From positions 3,769 through 67,768 of the IMG/VR virus record IMGVR_UViG_3300022723_000240: a stretch of 64,000 nucleotides of DNA. One strand, 5' to 3'. The first letter of the stretch is position 1. The number at the start of each line of letters is the position of its first letter. Made by a program: the position numbers and the translations under genes. This document shows positions 25,967 through 36,802 of this stretch, one piece after another. The notes under the pieces are model-generated. The model was not told the DNA's origin. It worked only from the letters and a program-made list of their open reading frames with translations, and did not search any database. The stretch comes from a virus.

Positions 25967-27060
25967 TTAAAGACAACCGTCCAACGGGTAGTAATCTCAA
26001 AGGACGATGACTTCTGTACAGGCGTGCTTAAGATACGATGGCTAAATAGTTTTAAAGTATCTCTAAATACACCAATATCGCCAACCAGTGCAGCACCATC
26101 GCTATCCACTGGCACCCTATCTAATTCCAAGTCTCTGCCGCCGCTTGTTCCTACTACCAAATAATGAGGATTGATTTGATCTAATGTGGTGTGATCGTCT
26201 TGTGTCCCACCCCTATTAACAATTTTAATCTGGTCGCCCTGCTTAAACAAAGCCACCGAAGAAGCAGGCTCTCCAGAGTCAATGCTGATAATGTTAGTGC
26301 CATTGGCAATAGCACTAACAGAAATCTCATATTCTGCCGGGCTGGTGCCACCAGTTGTGTTATCGACACCTTGCAAAAATAAATCTCTTGGCACTAAGCC
26401 ACAAGACCCAACACAACTATCAAATTTACGGCCACCTGCCAAAGCAACTTCTGTTATCGTAAAGAAATCGCTAGCGGTATTACTAAAACCATTATACTCG
26501 TCAGTGTTAACAACTGTCTCGAATATCACAATATTATTTATAGCCCGTACATCACCATCAACTAATGGGCTTCCTGTTGGCTGATAGGTATTATTAAAAG
26601 ATATACTCTCTATGCGCTTTAATGGGCTATCTGGTTCTGCAATTGGTATTGCATTAATCAAACCGCCGTCGTTAGTGGCCGCAGGAGTTAAGCGAACAGG
26701 GACAAACTGACCAGTAACAGCATCTTGCTGATAAAAACGCGTGTCATCAGTCCCTAAAGCAGTGCCGTTATCGTCAAATGACGCACCAAACAAAATGTAT
26801 CTCGCAGCGTACTCTTCATCAGGGTCAATATTAGTGTCAACCCACCCACCAGATCCACCATTGGCTTCTGGATCCCAAACTTCAGAGCTTGGCAAACGAT
26901 GAGATAACATTTCTTTGGCGAATACTTTGATGACATTCTTTTCAACGATATGATCTACAACCCTACCATTTCTATCTTTAATGATAAATTCAATTATACC
27001 GACAGTTCCATGCTTGTCGTCCGGTCCAATCATATTGTAAATCTCTGGTAATGACAGCAT
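25963..27060 (-). CDS. putative virion structural (tail/baseplate-associated) protein
   Basis: Beta-rich; ITEVAL and LFSHR...QKSSSFEITTRWTV resemble tail-fibre/baseplate N-terminal modules. Confidence 0.5.
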   Translation of the reverse strand: MLSLPEIYNMIGPDDKHGTVGIIEFIIKDRNGRVVDHIVEKNVIKVFAKEMLSHRLPSSEVWDPEANGGSGGWVDTNIDPDEEYAARYILFGASFDDNGTALGTDDTRFYQQDAVTGQFVPVRLTPAATNDGGLINAIPIAEPDSPLKRIESISFNNTYQPTGSPLVDGDVRAINNIVIFETVVNTDEYNGFSNTASDFFTITEVALAGGRKFDSCVGSCGLVPRDLFLQGVDNTTGGTSPAEYEISVSAIANGTNIISIDSGEPASSVALFKQGDQIKIVNRGGTQDDHTTLDQINPHYLVVGTSGGRDLELDRVPVDSDGAALVGDIGVFRDTLKLFSHRILSTPVQKSSSFEITTRWTVVFN

Positions 27061-27062
27061 TA

Positions 27063-27704
27063 TTATCCCTCAGCCGGTACTGTTTCTGATTTGATTGCCG
27101 TGATCTTTTCTAACTTTACCGTAAAGGTCTGGTTAGGTTCCGAATTTACGCCAACCAAGTTGATTTGGTTTGGCGTTTGAGAATCAATAATTGTCTTTCT
27201 GGGATCAACCAATAAACCTTCAATATAAACAAAAGCTTGCATTCCATTAGTTGCAGAGTATTCTTGAAATTCAATGGGAATCGGAATTGAATCTACTTCA
27301 TCAGCAGTAAACACCCCAGACCAAACCACTTTAGGCCCTGTAAACGCCAACGAACTCATTATATCATCAATAATAGACTGAAGAGATGACATCCCGACAG
27401 TTCCTTCATCATCCGCACTTTCAACACTTAAGTATTTGGATATAGAATCGAATTCTTCACCATCATATAGCAACATTAATCCCAACGTCTTATTAAACCA
27501 TGTAGTTCCAATGCGCTTCTCAAACGGTTCATCTTCTCCAGAGGAGGACTGATGAGACAACAGCCCGATCAGAAAACTACGCATAAAATCAAAACGCGCT
27601 TGAGTATTGGGATTTGGATAGTCACTATGTAGCTGATCAACATCATCAGCAGCGGTGAAATCTACTGGAGTCTGATCTAGCCTGATCCTGTTATCATCGC
27701 CCAT
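27063..27704 (-). CDS. putative structural protein
   Basis: Acidic and beta-rich; in the structural cluster. Confidence 0.55.
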   Translation of the reverse strand: MGDDNRIRLDQTPVDFTAADDVDQLHSDYPNPNTQARFDFMRSFLIGLLSHQSSSGEDEPFEKRIGTTWFNKTLGLMLLYDGEEFDSISKYLSVESADDEGTVGMSSLQSIIDDIMSSLAFTGPKVVWSGVFTADEVDSIPIPIEFQEYSATNGMQAFVYIEGLLVDPRKTIIDSQTPNQINLVGVNSEPNQTFTVKLEKITAIKSETVPAEG

Positions 27705-27966
27705 CTAATGACTCCAAGCGGCGAGATATACGCTCACCAATCTTACTTTTCTTACTCTTCTTGGCTCTTCCACTAGCATCCATTGTGCCTGTTATATACT
27801 GCTTGCTGGCATCCTCATCATTAGCAAAGAATGACCTATCAGCTTTTGTAGTCTTTTTCTTCTTAAGACTTTTCATCAACCCAGGATGATCCATCTGAAC
27901 AGCAAAGCTGCCCATCCTCTGCGGCTTTTCTAATAAAATGTCGTCTAATTGCTCTTGGAAATTCAT
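27694..27966 (-). CDS. small basic hypothetical protein
   Basis: Lys-rich; overlaps both neighbours. Confidence 0.55.
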   Translation of the reverse strand: MNFQEQLDDILLEKPQRMGSFAVQMDHPGLMKSLKKKKTTKADRSFFANDEDASKQYITGTMDASGRAKKSKKSKIGERISRRLESLDGR

Positions 27967-28391
27967 GCTAGAGACCTAAAGTGTTGGCGGTAAAACTCAT
28001 CAAGACAACAAGCTAAATCACTAATAGGGCAGTTTAACTTGCAGCATTGAGGGTAACGCTTGGAGAAACGCCTCCCGAAGTCTGTCGAGTCGAAATACCA
28101 GCATTTCTCAAACGGCTTAGCTTGGCAAGATAACAGCTTACTACGATAAACAATATCACAGCAGTTGGTCTTAATCATAACCTTAAGATGAGGATTTAGC
28201 TGCCGGATTTCTACAGCAATATCTGCACACATCTTATCAATCGCTTCTCTTAACTCTTCTTCGGCGTCTTTAATCTGTCTCTTTAGGTCACTAATTTTAG
28301 AAACATGCTGTTCAACATTATCATAATGGACATGCGCCATCTGGACGTTATCCAAAGCATTATCTAAAGATTCTAAAAATATGCTACTCAT
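27963..28391 (-). CDS. hypothetical protein
   Basis: Coiled coil plus a Cys-rich C-terminus; GAGGA RBS. Confidence 0.6.
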   Translation of the reverse strand: MSSIFLESLDNALDNVQMAHVHYDNVEQHVSKISDLKRQIKDAEEELREAIDKMCADIAVEIRQLNPHLKVMIKTNCCDIVYRSKLLSCQAKPFEKCWYFDSTDFGRRFSKRYPQCCKLNCPISDLACCLDEFYRQHFRSLA

Positions 28392-28428
28392 ACTTAATCC
28401 TCAATGATATCTTTGATCTATTTACAGA

Positions 28429-31400
28429 CTATGATGAACTACTGGATTCATTAGTCGAATCAGAACTTGGACTTTGAACATCTTCGGGAATAAATGCTTC
28501 TAAAGGGTCAGTCCAAAACAAATCATCATCCTGCGGGTTTTCAGGATCACCCCATTTATAAATAGTCTTACTGGATGCTTCATCTTCTGCTAAAATTGAA
28601 AAGCCAAAAGTTGGAGAAGTTGGCTCATCAGTGGAGCTAACCCAGTGGGGGCCATCAGTAGTCAAAGCAGCAACATTGGCTTGAAGAGCACAATCTACAC
28701 CATAAGAGAACGGTGCATCAAACTGCTGATCACCACAAGTCACATTGGTTTGGAAAAACCCAACAACTACTTCAGATCCTTCAGCGTCTATAATGACATC
28801 GCCTAGCGAGTCAATCTTAATAATTTTTCTAACTGTCGAAATAACACCCTTACGAAATATTTTAAAAGATCCCTTGCTGGATTCTACATAACCATCTGAT
28901 TCTTCACCTGGAACACGTGGATCTTTAGTAACTACAGTGATATCCATGGTATCTTCCATGAATATCCAATCTACTTCATAAATAATGCCATAGTCATCCT
29001 GGAATCTAAATTCGCCAGATTCCGGCGTAGCGCAAGAATCATTAAGACAAAACAGGTTAGCCAGATCATTATTTGTAAGACGATCACATAACGTCATCGT
29101 CTCTCTTAGAGCGATTGCAAGATCTACTTCTAATTTATCACAATCAGGATCAAAATTGCCATCTTTATCATATAAGACACTCTGATTACAGGATACACCA
29201 TCTACGCCAGTCGGATCATTAGTTCCGCATGAGCTATTAAGACAAGCGCAATCTAAACGATAGGGAACAAAAAAACGATATAACACATCAGAAGACTGAA
29301 TATGCTCCATTGAATTGCCGAAAAAACGCGCTTCAGTACTGGTAGACTCACTAAAATCAATACATAGAGCTTTGGCAATGGCCTCACGGTCTAGAATTCC
29401 TATTGAAGTTCCAACTGTGCCTTCATCACAAAAAGTGAATTCATCACTTGAACCACCATTAACAAAAGTCTCTTTATCAGTAGTGGTTAAACCAACTACC
29501 GCTGGGTAACCACCTATAAAATCTTCATTAGCCGTATCACAATTACTATCAAATATTGGTCCTGTCACAACAGACTCAGTATCAATGGAGTCAGAATCAG
29601 TAAAGACAGTGCTTTCGAAAGTTAAGGAGGGATGGCCAGGCCCTGACGATTGATAAATCTTATGCGTAATGATCCGGCCATCACTAACATCACCATGATC
29701 AGAAAGAGAAGGAATATCTGGAATTAAACCATTCCCAGAATACACTAGATCCTGACTATCCCAAGTAAGTTCCTGATCACCATCTGTCTTTGTTATTAGC
29801 TGCGCATTTAGTAAATCAGGGAAACCACACTGGCTCAATTCATCCCAAGGGCGCTGCCGGGCTTCATCAAATTCTAAGCACCCATCAGCGACAGCAGTAT
29901 CCGTGTAATTATAATCCGACTCTAGAGCGTTCATGCTCAAGAACTTATGGGAGGGGAACCCAAGATTGTCCTTCTCAATATTGATATTAATTGGCGCGAT
30001 AGCTAAGGTATTATTAGCTAACTGATCAAAGAAAGGCTGATCTGTATAATGCAGTGACACTCGGCCAGCGCGACGAACAATACGCTGACGCAAAAGACCT
30101 CTATTTTGGCCGTCCAAATCAGACTTATTGGGGTGTTCTTCCCAATAAACAACATTACCCATTCCGGGTCCACAAGGGTTGCATCTATATCGATCAACAA
30201 CAGGAATAGTAAGGATCTGACTTAGATTATCCTGTACACGACCCTTATAACAGTAGTCAAGCTTTTGTGGATTTGTTCCACAGAGTGTCTCGCGATCATC
30301 CAGTTCATGATCATAATCAGGAAGATCAACATCAGTTACTGATTCAACAACACCATCATCAACAACCTTGTCTTGCCCTTCTGGAGTTAACGCACAATCG
30401 TCAGGTGATAGTGCTTTCCAAGCTTGAAATTCATGCTCTAAACCTTCTAATATCAAATTACGTAATATTAAATCAGAATTATTGAATCCTCGCTCACCGT
30501 CTTCTTGACAACTAGGATCAATGGGAATGATTGCTGGCGGCGATTGAAGATCACCTAAGTCAGTTCCAGGCTCGAATGGATCTTTACCATCTACACAAGT
30601 GTCAATGACATTATAAACATCGAAACATTCAATGGGCACCTTAATCTTACGAAGAAGAGAATGAAAGCCTTTTAAATTAAACACAAAATCAAGTAAGAAC
30701 TGTAACAAATTAAAATCAATTGTGATATCTTGACGACTAATAAATTCAACGTCGAATTTATTAGTCCTAGTATTCGATAATTGTGAAGGAATATTAATTT
30801 TCAAACGTTCGTAAGAAGCGAACACGAAGACCTTGGCATTTCGATCGACACTTAACTCATGATCAAAAAACAAATTAAGCGTGTTCGTAGTTCTATTATA
30901 TATGATATTATTACTGTTTAAAACCGGCCTTCCCATAGATCCATCAGTATCACCTACAACAACTGTACTATACCCAATAATCCCATTTTGCGGGGCAATT
31001 CCAATATCACTAACAAATGATGGTTCTAAGATTCCATTGACATTAACTGAAGTACCATCAATATTCTCAGATTCCAGATCTGAAGATAAGCCATCAGATA
31101 TCGCCAACAGTTCTTGATATTTAACACTTCCGTCTTCAACTATCCAAGCATGCAAAGCAACCTGCGAATCACGTCTTGGGCGATAAACAAAGGGCACTTC
31201 GCCAACACCAAAACCAGCAGCTGCGAAGTCAGATAAAACGATATCTGTTTGAGTTACTAATTGAGTATCCAAACCATCATTAGGAGCTAAATAGCAATTA
31301 CCATCAACACTGGCATGCAGATTTATAATATCAACAACAAATCCGAACATGTCAAATAATTCGACCAATACTCTTCTCGAACTTTTTAGCTTTTGTAACC

Positions 31401-32289
31401 CAGCCCCTCTACGTAATATGCTTCTACGTAAATTATCAGTAGTACCAGGGAAATTAGGTAAATCAACACCTATTAAAAAAGCAAGGTATGGAATATATTC
31501 TGCCGGAATGGTGTCAATTTGGTTAACACCATCCAAGAAGTTCTGTTCATCAAATAAATCCTGTAAAATGTCTGCGAACGGCCTGTAGAATTTTAAGGTG
31601 GGGTCATCTTGAATATTATTGTTTTCGAAATCGAAATACAACATTGGGGTGAGCCTAAACATGTGCTCATGAACATCACCAGGATGATTGACATCAAAAA
31701 TTAACTGAGCCAGTCCTTGATCGCTAGCCAAGCACTTGAAGTCACCAGTAGCTGTGGGCAGTCTTCTAAAAAAGATGGACTCCCATACAAAGAAATATCT
31801 CTTAGGTCTTGGTAACTGGTCAGGGTTAATAGCAATATCTGAAACATCATAGTAATAAGCGTCAGGATAGTAGACAGTTGTACTAGTTGGAGTGCTGCCT
31901 GCTATCGGCCCCCGCATCGTATACTCAAAGGTGTCACCTTCTTCAGCATCAACAAACGACTTTTCAATACCATCTTGCCCAAAAAACCGTAAGCCCCTAA
32001 GATCTAGTTGTCTTGTAGTTAAATCAACTGCAGACAACTGAATTTCAAATAAAGATTCATCTGGGATTCTAAGGTTCTGGTTAAATGGGCCGTTAACCCT
32101 AGCTGGGTCTGGGGCATCCACCACATAATAACGAACAGCTAATGCTTCAGTATCCGCAATACCATTCCCATTTTCATCAATTCGTCTTGGCTCAACATAT
32201 AATACCGGCAACGCAAATGGTTGATAACCAGTGCGATTATTATTAATCGGAAATAATACAAAATGGGGATTATTGCGAATGTCTGCCAA
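28429..32289 (-). CDS. large baseplate/tail protein with a P2 gpI-like domain
   Basis: IDTIPAEYIPYLAFLIGVDL...RRSIL...KLKSS matches the tail-protein-I pattern; 1286 aa, acidic; Ser-rich C-terminus. Confidence 0.65.
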   Translation of the reverse strand: MADIRNNPHFVLFPINNNRTGYQPFALPVLYVEPRRIDENGNGIADTEALAVRYYVVDAPDPARVNGPFNQNLRIPDESLFEIQLSAVDLTTRQLDLRGLRFFGQDGIEKSFVDAEEGDTFEYTMRGPIAGSTPTSTTVYYPDAYYYDVSDIAINPDQLPRPKRYFFVWESIFFRRLPTATGDFKCLASDQGLAQLIFDVNHPGDVHEHMFRLTPMLYFDFENNNIQDDPTLKFYRPFADILQDLFDEQNFLDGVNQIDTIPAEYIPYLAFLIGVDLPNFPGTTDNLRRSILRRGAGLQKLKSSRRVLVELFDMFGFVVDIINLHASVDGNCYLAPNDGLDTQLVTQTDIVLSDFAAAGFGVGEVPFVYRPRRDSQVALHAWIVEDGSVKYQELLAISDGLSSDLESENIDGTSVNVNGILEPSFVSDIGIAPQNGIIGYSTVVVGDTDGSMGRPVLNSNNIIYNRTTNTLNLFFDHELSVDRNAKVFVFASYERLKINIPSQLSNTRTNKFDVEFISRQDITIDFNLLQFLLDFVFNLKGFHSLLRKIKVPIECFDVYNVIDTCVDGKDPFEPGTDLGDLQSPPAIIPIDPSCQEDGERGFNNSDLILRNLILEGLEHEFQAWKALSPDDCALTPEGQDKVVDDGVVESVTDVDLPDYDHELDDRETLCGTNPQKLDYCYKGRVQDNLSQILTIPVVDRYRCNPCGPGMGNVVYWEEHPNKSDLDGQNRGLLRQRIVRRAGRVSLHYTDQPFFDQLANNTLAIAPININIEKDNLGFPSHKFLSMNALESDYNYTDTAVADGCLEFDEARQRPWDELSQCGFPDLLNAQLITKTDGDQELTWDSQDLVYSGNGLIPDIPSLSDHGDVSDGRIITHKIYQSSGPGHPSLTFESTVFTDSDSIDTESVVTGPIFDSNCDTANEDFIGGYPAVVGLTTTDKETFVNGGSSDEFTFCDEGTVGTSIGILDREAIAKALCIDFSESTSTEARFFGNSMEHIQSSDVLYRFFVPYRLDCACLNSSCGTNDPTGVDGVSCNQSVLYDKDGNFDPDCDKLEVDLAIALRETMTLCDRLTNNDLANLFCLNDSCATPESGEFRFQDDYGIIYEVDWIFMEDTMDITVVTKDPRVPGEESDGYVESSKGSFKIFRKGVISTVRKIIKIDSLGDVIIDAEGSEVVVGFFQTNVTCGDQQFDAPFSYGVDCALQANVAALTTDGPHWVSSTDEPTSPTFGFSILAEDEASSKTIYKWGDPENPQDDDLFWTDPLEAFIPEDVQSPSSDSTNESSSSS

Positions 32290-32313
32290 TTTTGCCTCTG
32301 CTTAGGTATATTT

Positions 32314-32805
32314 TCATCCTAATTGGTGGTAATACGAACACGTCTTAAGGTTGAAAGTACCCTGCAAAACAAATCCAGATAAGTTAGCATTTAATTGCTT
32401 TACATATACTTGATCATCAGTGTTCAACGACGGATGATGCCCTTCCCCCTGTTTGTATTTATCTTTCAAAAACAATACTGATTGAACAAGAACACCATTA
32501 ATAGAGACCTTTAATATAGGCCTCTTCACCGATTGGGATGCATTCTTGATTAGTTGAATTAAGTTAATATTAAAAATAGAAGATTTGGAACTATTAATAT
32601 GAATATATTTCACATACATTAATACCGCAATCTTTACCGATTCAGCCTCATCCACCGAAATAGATTCCCAACGATAGTCATCAGTTTCTCCGCGCAAGGC
32701 CTGCAATAAACTTGCTTTACCAGCATAACGACATAAGAATGGCAGACATTCATCGATCGCGCCAGTATGCTCCTCTTCTATCTTAATTAAACTGCTTAAG
32801 AACAT
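32314..32805 (-). CDS. hypothetical protein
   Basis: GAGG RBS inside the upstream gene. Confidence 0.55.
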   Translation of the reverse strand: MFLSSLIKIEEEHTGAIDECLPFLCRYAGKASLLQALRGETDDYRWESISVDEAESVKIAVLMYVKYIHINSSKSSIFNINLIQLIKNASQSVKRPILKVSINGVLVQSVLFLKDKYKQGEGHHPSLNTDDQVYVKQLNANLSGFVLQGTFNLKTCSYYHQLG

Positions 32806-33887
32806 ACCTCTTCAAGGACAGCACATATCTTCGGAACTTCTTCTAAATCCATCCCAGGGCCACTAGGCAGCGTAATTCCTCGATCGGCCAGAAATTCTGC
32901 TACAGGATAACTATTATCTTTCTCTTGGCTTTGCCACGGCGGCATCTTGGGCATAGTCTGGAAGATTGGCCTAGTATCATACCCGGCAGTCTTCAAAGCT
33001 TCTGAAGCCAATTCATAAAAATGCGGCTTTTGCGGATGCATAACTGAAAACATCCACCAACAATGTTGCCCATTATCACTTTCTTCCTGAGTCCTCAACA
33101 CTTTAGGCATACATTCAATATAGATATCTGCCAATTTCTTGGCCCTATTGACAAGATTCCATTTCCTTTTATACTGCGAAATTACCAGAGCGGATTGCAT
33201 GTTAGTTATCCTAAAATTATGACCGATAGCTTCATGCCAAAACCTTCTCTTTTTAGACAGAGCTTGACTCCTAAATAAGCTAGCCCTTTCATTGACAAAT
33301 TCCAAGTCCGTTAGAAGCATGCCTCCTTCACCACCTGTAATCATCTTATTACCATAAAAACTAAACACTGACACATCACCTAATTTTCCCGCCTCACAAT
33401 CCGCATACCAAGATCCCATTGCCTCACAAGCATCTTCAATGATATAGAACTTATATTTTTGGGATAGTTCCTTTAGTTTAATATAATCATAAGCATTGCC
33501 ATAATTGTGAACTGCAATAACTGCATCAATACGTTGTTTTTTGCAAGCTTCTTCTAACAACCCAAGATCCATATTCCAAGTGCGCTGGTCCGCATCTATA
33601 AAAATTGTTTCACAATTAACGTAAGCCGGTGCAAATCCAACAGCAGCAAATGAGCAAGCCGGTACCGCTATTGTCTTTCTTTCTAAATTGAGCCCAACCA
33701 AAGCAAGGTGCAAAGCGGCAGTGCCGTTTGAACATGCTAATGCGTACTTCCTACGATATTCATCTCTAAAAGTCGATTCTAGTTGATTTGTCTCTGGTCC
33801 AATATGCGTTACAAATTGAGACATGACTACATCATATACCGATCTAGCATCATCTTCTGTAAATATCGGGTTATAAACAGGAATCAT
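32796..33887 (-). CDS. DegT/DnrJ/EryC1/StrS PLP sugar aminotransferase (perosamine-synthase-like)
   Basis: SNGTAALHLAL, IIEDACEA, FSFYGNKMITGGEGG (PLP Lys), GHNFR, TRPIF, ITLPS. Confidence 0.9.
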   Translation of the reverse strand: MIPVYNPIFTEDDARSVYDVVMSQFVTHIGPETNQLESTFRDEYRRKYALACSNGTAALHLALVGLNLERKTIAVPACSFAAVGFAPAYVNCETIFIDADQRTWNMDLGLLEEACKKQRIDAVIAVHNYGNAYDYIKLKELSQKYKFYIIEDACEAMGSWYADCEAGKLGDVSVFSFYGNKMITGGEGGMLLTDLEFVNERASLFRSQALSKKRRFWHEAIGHNFRITNMQSALVISQYKRKWNLVNRAKKLADIYIECMPKVLRTQEESDNGQHCWWMFSVMHPQKPHFYELASEALKTAGYDTRPIFQTMPKMPPWQSQEKDNSYPVAEFLADRGITLPSGPGMDLEEVPKICAVLEEVCS

Positions 33888-33903
33888 TTTCAGTACCTAA
33901 AAT

Positions 33904-34560
33904 GTGGTTTATAACCTTACTCATAAAATTATTTATCAACCTAGCCAGTTTGGAATTTACGGTATTGAATCATTAAGAGTAGTCGAATGCATGTACGCCA
34001 TTCAATACTCCAAAATAACTGGTGCTGATGTTGTTAAGTCTTTCCTAATTAAAACAGGCCGTAGACCTAACCAATCAGAGTTAGATTATATCAACAGAGT
34101 ATTCGAAGGTGAGAAAGCGCCTACCGGTGTTTATCAACACAACTGGATTGTCTATAGCTCGCAGAACTTATCACTAAAACACCCTTACCTCTTACCTAGT
34201 ACTAGAGAAGTTAGAGAAATAACCGAAAACACATTTGGCCACAGAGTAAACAATGACATCGTCAATCTTGTAGCCGCCCTATCTAGCAACAAAGTATATT
34301 CCTTGCAAGGGGGGTATTATGGCGTAAACATCTGGCAACCAATTGAAATATGCTGTGCGCTCGATAGTGCAGAAGTAGAACGAAATGATACTGCTATACG
34401 CCTCTTGTTCAATAAAATATATAAAAGAGATCCGATACCCGAAGAGATACTTATCTGTAAATCTTTACAGCTGACCACACCCCAGGAAATCCAAAATGAA
34501 ATTGAACAAATTGTCAAGGTACGAAACAAAGGACCTGTTAGTTCAAGAAGCCCTAGATGA
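33904..34560 (+). CDS. hypothetical protein
   Basis: 218-aa ORF. Confidence 0.6.
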   Translation: MVYNLTHKIIYQPSQFGIYGIESLRVVECMYAIQYSKITGADVVKSFLIKTGRRPNQSELDYINRVFEGEKAPTGVYQHNWIVYSSQNLSLKHPYLLPSTREVREITENTFGHRVNNDIVNLVAALSSNKVYSLQGGYYGVNIWQPIEICCALDSAEVERNDTAIRLLFNKIYKRDPIPEEILICKSLQLTTPQEIQNEIEQIVKVRNKGPVSSRSPR

Positions 34561-34858
34561 ATTAGATATCAGCGCTAAAAGCGAATTAGATGGCATTGAA
34601 GAAGACGACGAACTTGAGGATGACCTTGATGGAGTGGAAACTGACATTGACGTAGGAATAGAAGACGCCCCCAAGATTGAAACCCAAGAAAACGACTACG
34701 GAATTAAAAATATTTCCGATCAACTTGACGGCATGATCGAGCATTGGTTTGAGATAGCACAATCGGTCCCAGCAAAAAAGAAGGAAGCATTCTTAAAGCT
34801 CGGTGACAGATTATCAGAATTATCTGATGTCCTCCAATCGGAGTTTTTAGATGCCTAG
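34496..34858 (+). CDS. acidic hypothetical protein
   Basis: D/E-rich. Confidence 0.6.
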   Translation: MKLNKLSRYETKDLLVQEALDELDISAKSELDGIEEDDELEDDLDGVETDIDVGIEDAPKIETQENDYGIKNISDQLDGMIEHWFEIAQSVPAKKKEAFLKLGDRLSELSDVLQSEFLDA

Positions 34859-35510
34859 AGACGCTGAAGAGATATTAAACGATCCAATTAGTGCAGACGA
34901 TTTTCAGTCAGAAGATTTTCCTGAAGCTGAAGAACAGGAAGATATGGACCCTGATGAACTAATGGGGGATGACGATCTAGACATAGAAGATGATGAGATT
35001 GACCCAGTAGGTGACATTGGGCTCGGCGGAACCGATTTTAATACAGAATTAGAAGATGATTCTTTAGATTTACCAGACAACGAGCCTGAACAACCTAAAA
35101 TTGTTGCCCCAGAAGAACAAGTGCGTTGGACCGTCGTACCTCAAGAAAACGGAGATATTTGGTCCGAACACGTCAACGGTTTTGTATTGAGGGCTAGGCC
35201 ACTAAGTGCCCAAAAAGGCCCCCAGATCAAATATGCGGCACAGTTATTTAAAGATCAAAAGATGATCGAAAATGGCACTATTTGGATCGATAAAGATACT
35301 GATGCAACTGAATATCTGCAAAATGTTGCTGATAGGATCCTAGATCGAATGGGGCTCACCAATCTAAGTAAAATGCAAGCAGAGCCAGAAGAAATAAGCA
35401 ATATCGCTAATGACTTGGGTCTTGAAGAACCTAAGCCCGAAGAAGAATTAGACCTCGATCTTGGAGAAGATGAGGTAGATCTTGATATTGATGTTGATGA
35501 AGATCAATAG
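34851..35510 (+). CDS. highly acidic hypothetical protein
   Basis: D/E-rich termini around a globular core; GGAG RBS. Confidence 0.65.
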   Translation: MPRDAEEILNDPISADDFQSEDFPEAEEQEDMDPDELMGDDDLDIEDDEIDPVGDIGLGGTDFNTELEDDSLDLPDNEPEQPKIVAPEEQVRWTVVPQENGDIWSEHVNGFVLRARPLSAQKGPQIKYAAQLFKDQKMIENGTIWIDKDTDATEYLQNVADRILDRMGLTNLSKMQAEPEEISNIANDLGLEEPKPEEELDLDLGEDEVDLDIDVDEDQ

Positions 35511-36802
35511 TCATCATCAACATAATCTTTACCAATAAATATAACCTCGCCCCAAAATCTAGAAGTTTGTCCTTTCCATATTGAATCAATCAAAACCCAC
35601 AAAAATGGATAGGGGCGTGGTTCTGGTATCGGAGCGTGGCCATCTGTAAGCATGATGTTCATCTTACCAATTAGCCCATTTTCTTCAGCAAATTCTAAGC
35701 AATTTGTAAAAGAAGTGCCGCCACGACCTTTAACTTCAATAGACTTCCAATCGCCTTTATGATAGTCTTTTGCTTGCTGCACTTGATGGTCAAATTCTAC
35801 AAGCCTGATTTTAAAATATTGAGAAGCACTTTCAATTTCCCCGAAGAACTTTTGTAGCATCTTGTCTGATACTGAGCCACTAGTGTCCACATAAATGGTC
35901 AACGGAACCCTGTTTCTTTTGGAATAGCCTTTAATTCCAAATTGATCGCGCTTACGATGGCGCTTTGCAAAAGTCCAGCGCTTCCCACCTGCCGCTCTAC
36001 CAACTGCACTACGAAGCAAATAAGTCCAATTGATCTCTGCTTTCTCAAGTTGCTTAATAGCTTCCGTTAAATGGCCAGGTGCATTACCACAAGCACGAGT
36101 AGCAGCCCTAGCCAAACTTTTAGCAGTATTGCGCATTTCCTCTGGGCTTGCTTCACTATCTGCCCAAGTGTCATGATTATCAAAGGCATCTACAGATAAG
36201 GGATAGTCAGACCCTTTTGGTGTTAAAACAGATCCAACGCCACTACAATTGCCGCCACCAACGCCACTACAATTGCCGCTACTATCGCCATCGAAGGAAA
36301 AATTCTTTCGTTCGGTGTTATCATGCAACCACTTAAAGAATTCCTCTGTGGTCATACTAACTCTTAAGTCTTTTATCTTAGTCTTGGACCATATCCCAGG
36401 ATTTTGTTTACTAGGAATATAACAGCCATTGGGTGGCAAATCCGCAATACGAGGATCATCTGATTCACCATTAATAACCCAATCAGCCGCAATATTCCAA
36501 GACTCATGAGCATGGCGATTGTTTTTTAATTGTTTGCTACGTGGAATATGCATACGAATTATATGTTCAATTTCATGCTTAATAACTGCAATTAATTGCT
36601 CTGTTTCCATCTCTTCCACAAAAGATGGAGAATACACACATTCTACTTTACCCAAGCGTAGAATCCGAACACCCATAGTTCCAACGTTCTCTTGGGGCAC
36701 CCAAATCATTCTAGTTGCAATTACCCCATACCAAGGGTCCGTCATCATAGCACGACAACGAGCATTAGTAAGCTTAGTCTTAGGACTTACAACGTTCATC
36801 AA
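35504..36802 (-). CDS. metallopeptidase-like (HExxH) plus vWA domain protein (DUF2201-like)
   Basis: KHEIEHI, NIAADWVIN, YVDTSGSV (MIDAS), GRGGTSF, LTDG. Confidence 0.88.
   Translation of the reverse strand: MMNVVSPKTKLTNARCRAMMTDPWYGVIATRMIWVPQENVGTMGVRILRLGKVECVYSPSFVEEMETEQLIAVIKHEIEHIIRMHIPRSKQLKNNRHAHESWNIAADWVINGESDDPRIADLPPNGCYIPSKQNPGIWSKTKIKDLRVSMTTEEFFKWLHDNTERKNFSFDGDSSGNCSGVGGGNCSGVGSVLTPKGSDYPLSVDAFDNHDTWADSEASPEEMRNTAKSLARAATRACGNAPGHLTEAIKQLEKAEINWTYLLRSAVGRAAGGKRWTFAKRHRKRDQFGIKGYSKRNRVPLTIYVDTSGSVSDKMLQKFFGEIESASQYFKIRLVEFDHQVQQAKDYHKGDWKSIEVKGRGGTSFTNCLEFAEENGLIGKMNIMLTDGHAPIPEPRPYPFLWVLIDSIWKGQTSRFWGEVIFIGKDYVDDDY

Noticed and set aside
4181-28564. Additional TATAAATA matches inside coding regions (4181-4188, 28557-28564)
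   Set aside because: Not positioned near gene starts; expected by chance in AT-rich DNA.
29315-31588. Numerous short plus-strand ORFs opposite the large tail gene, and similar antisense ORFs elsewhere in the track
   Set aside because: Fully nested antisense to well-supported genes, with no motifs or RBS.
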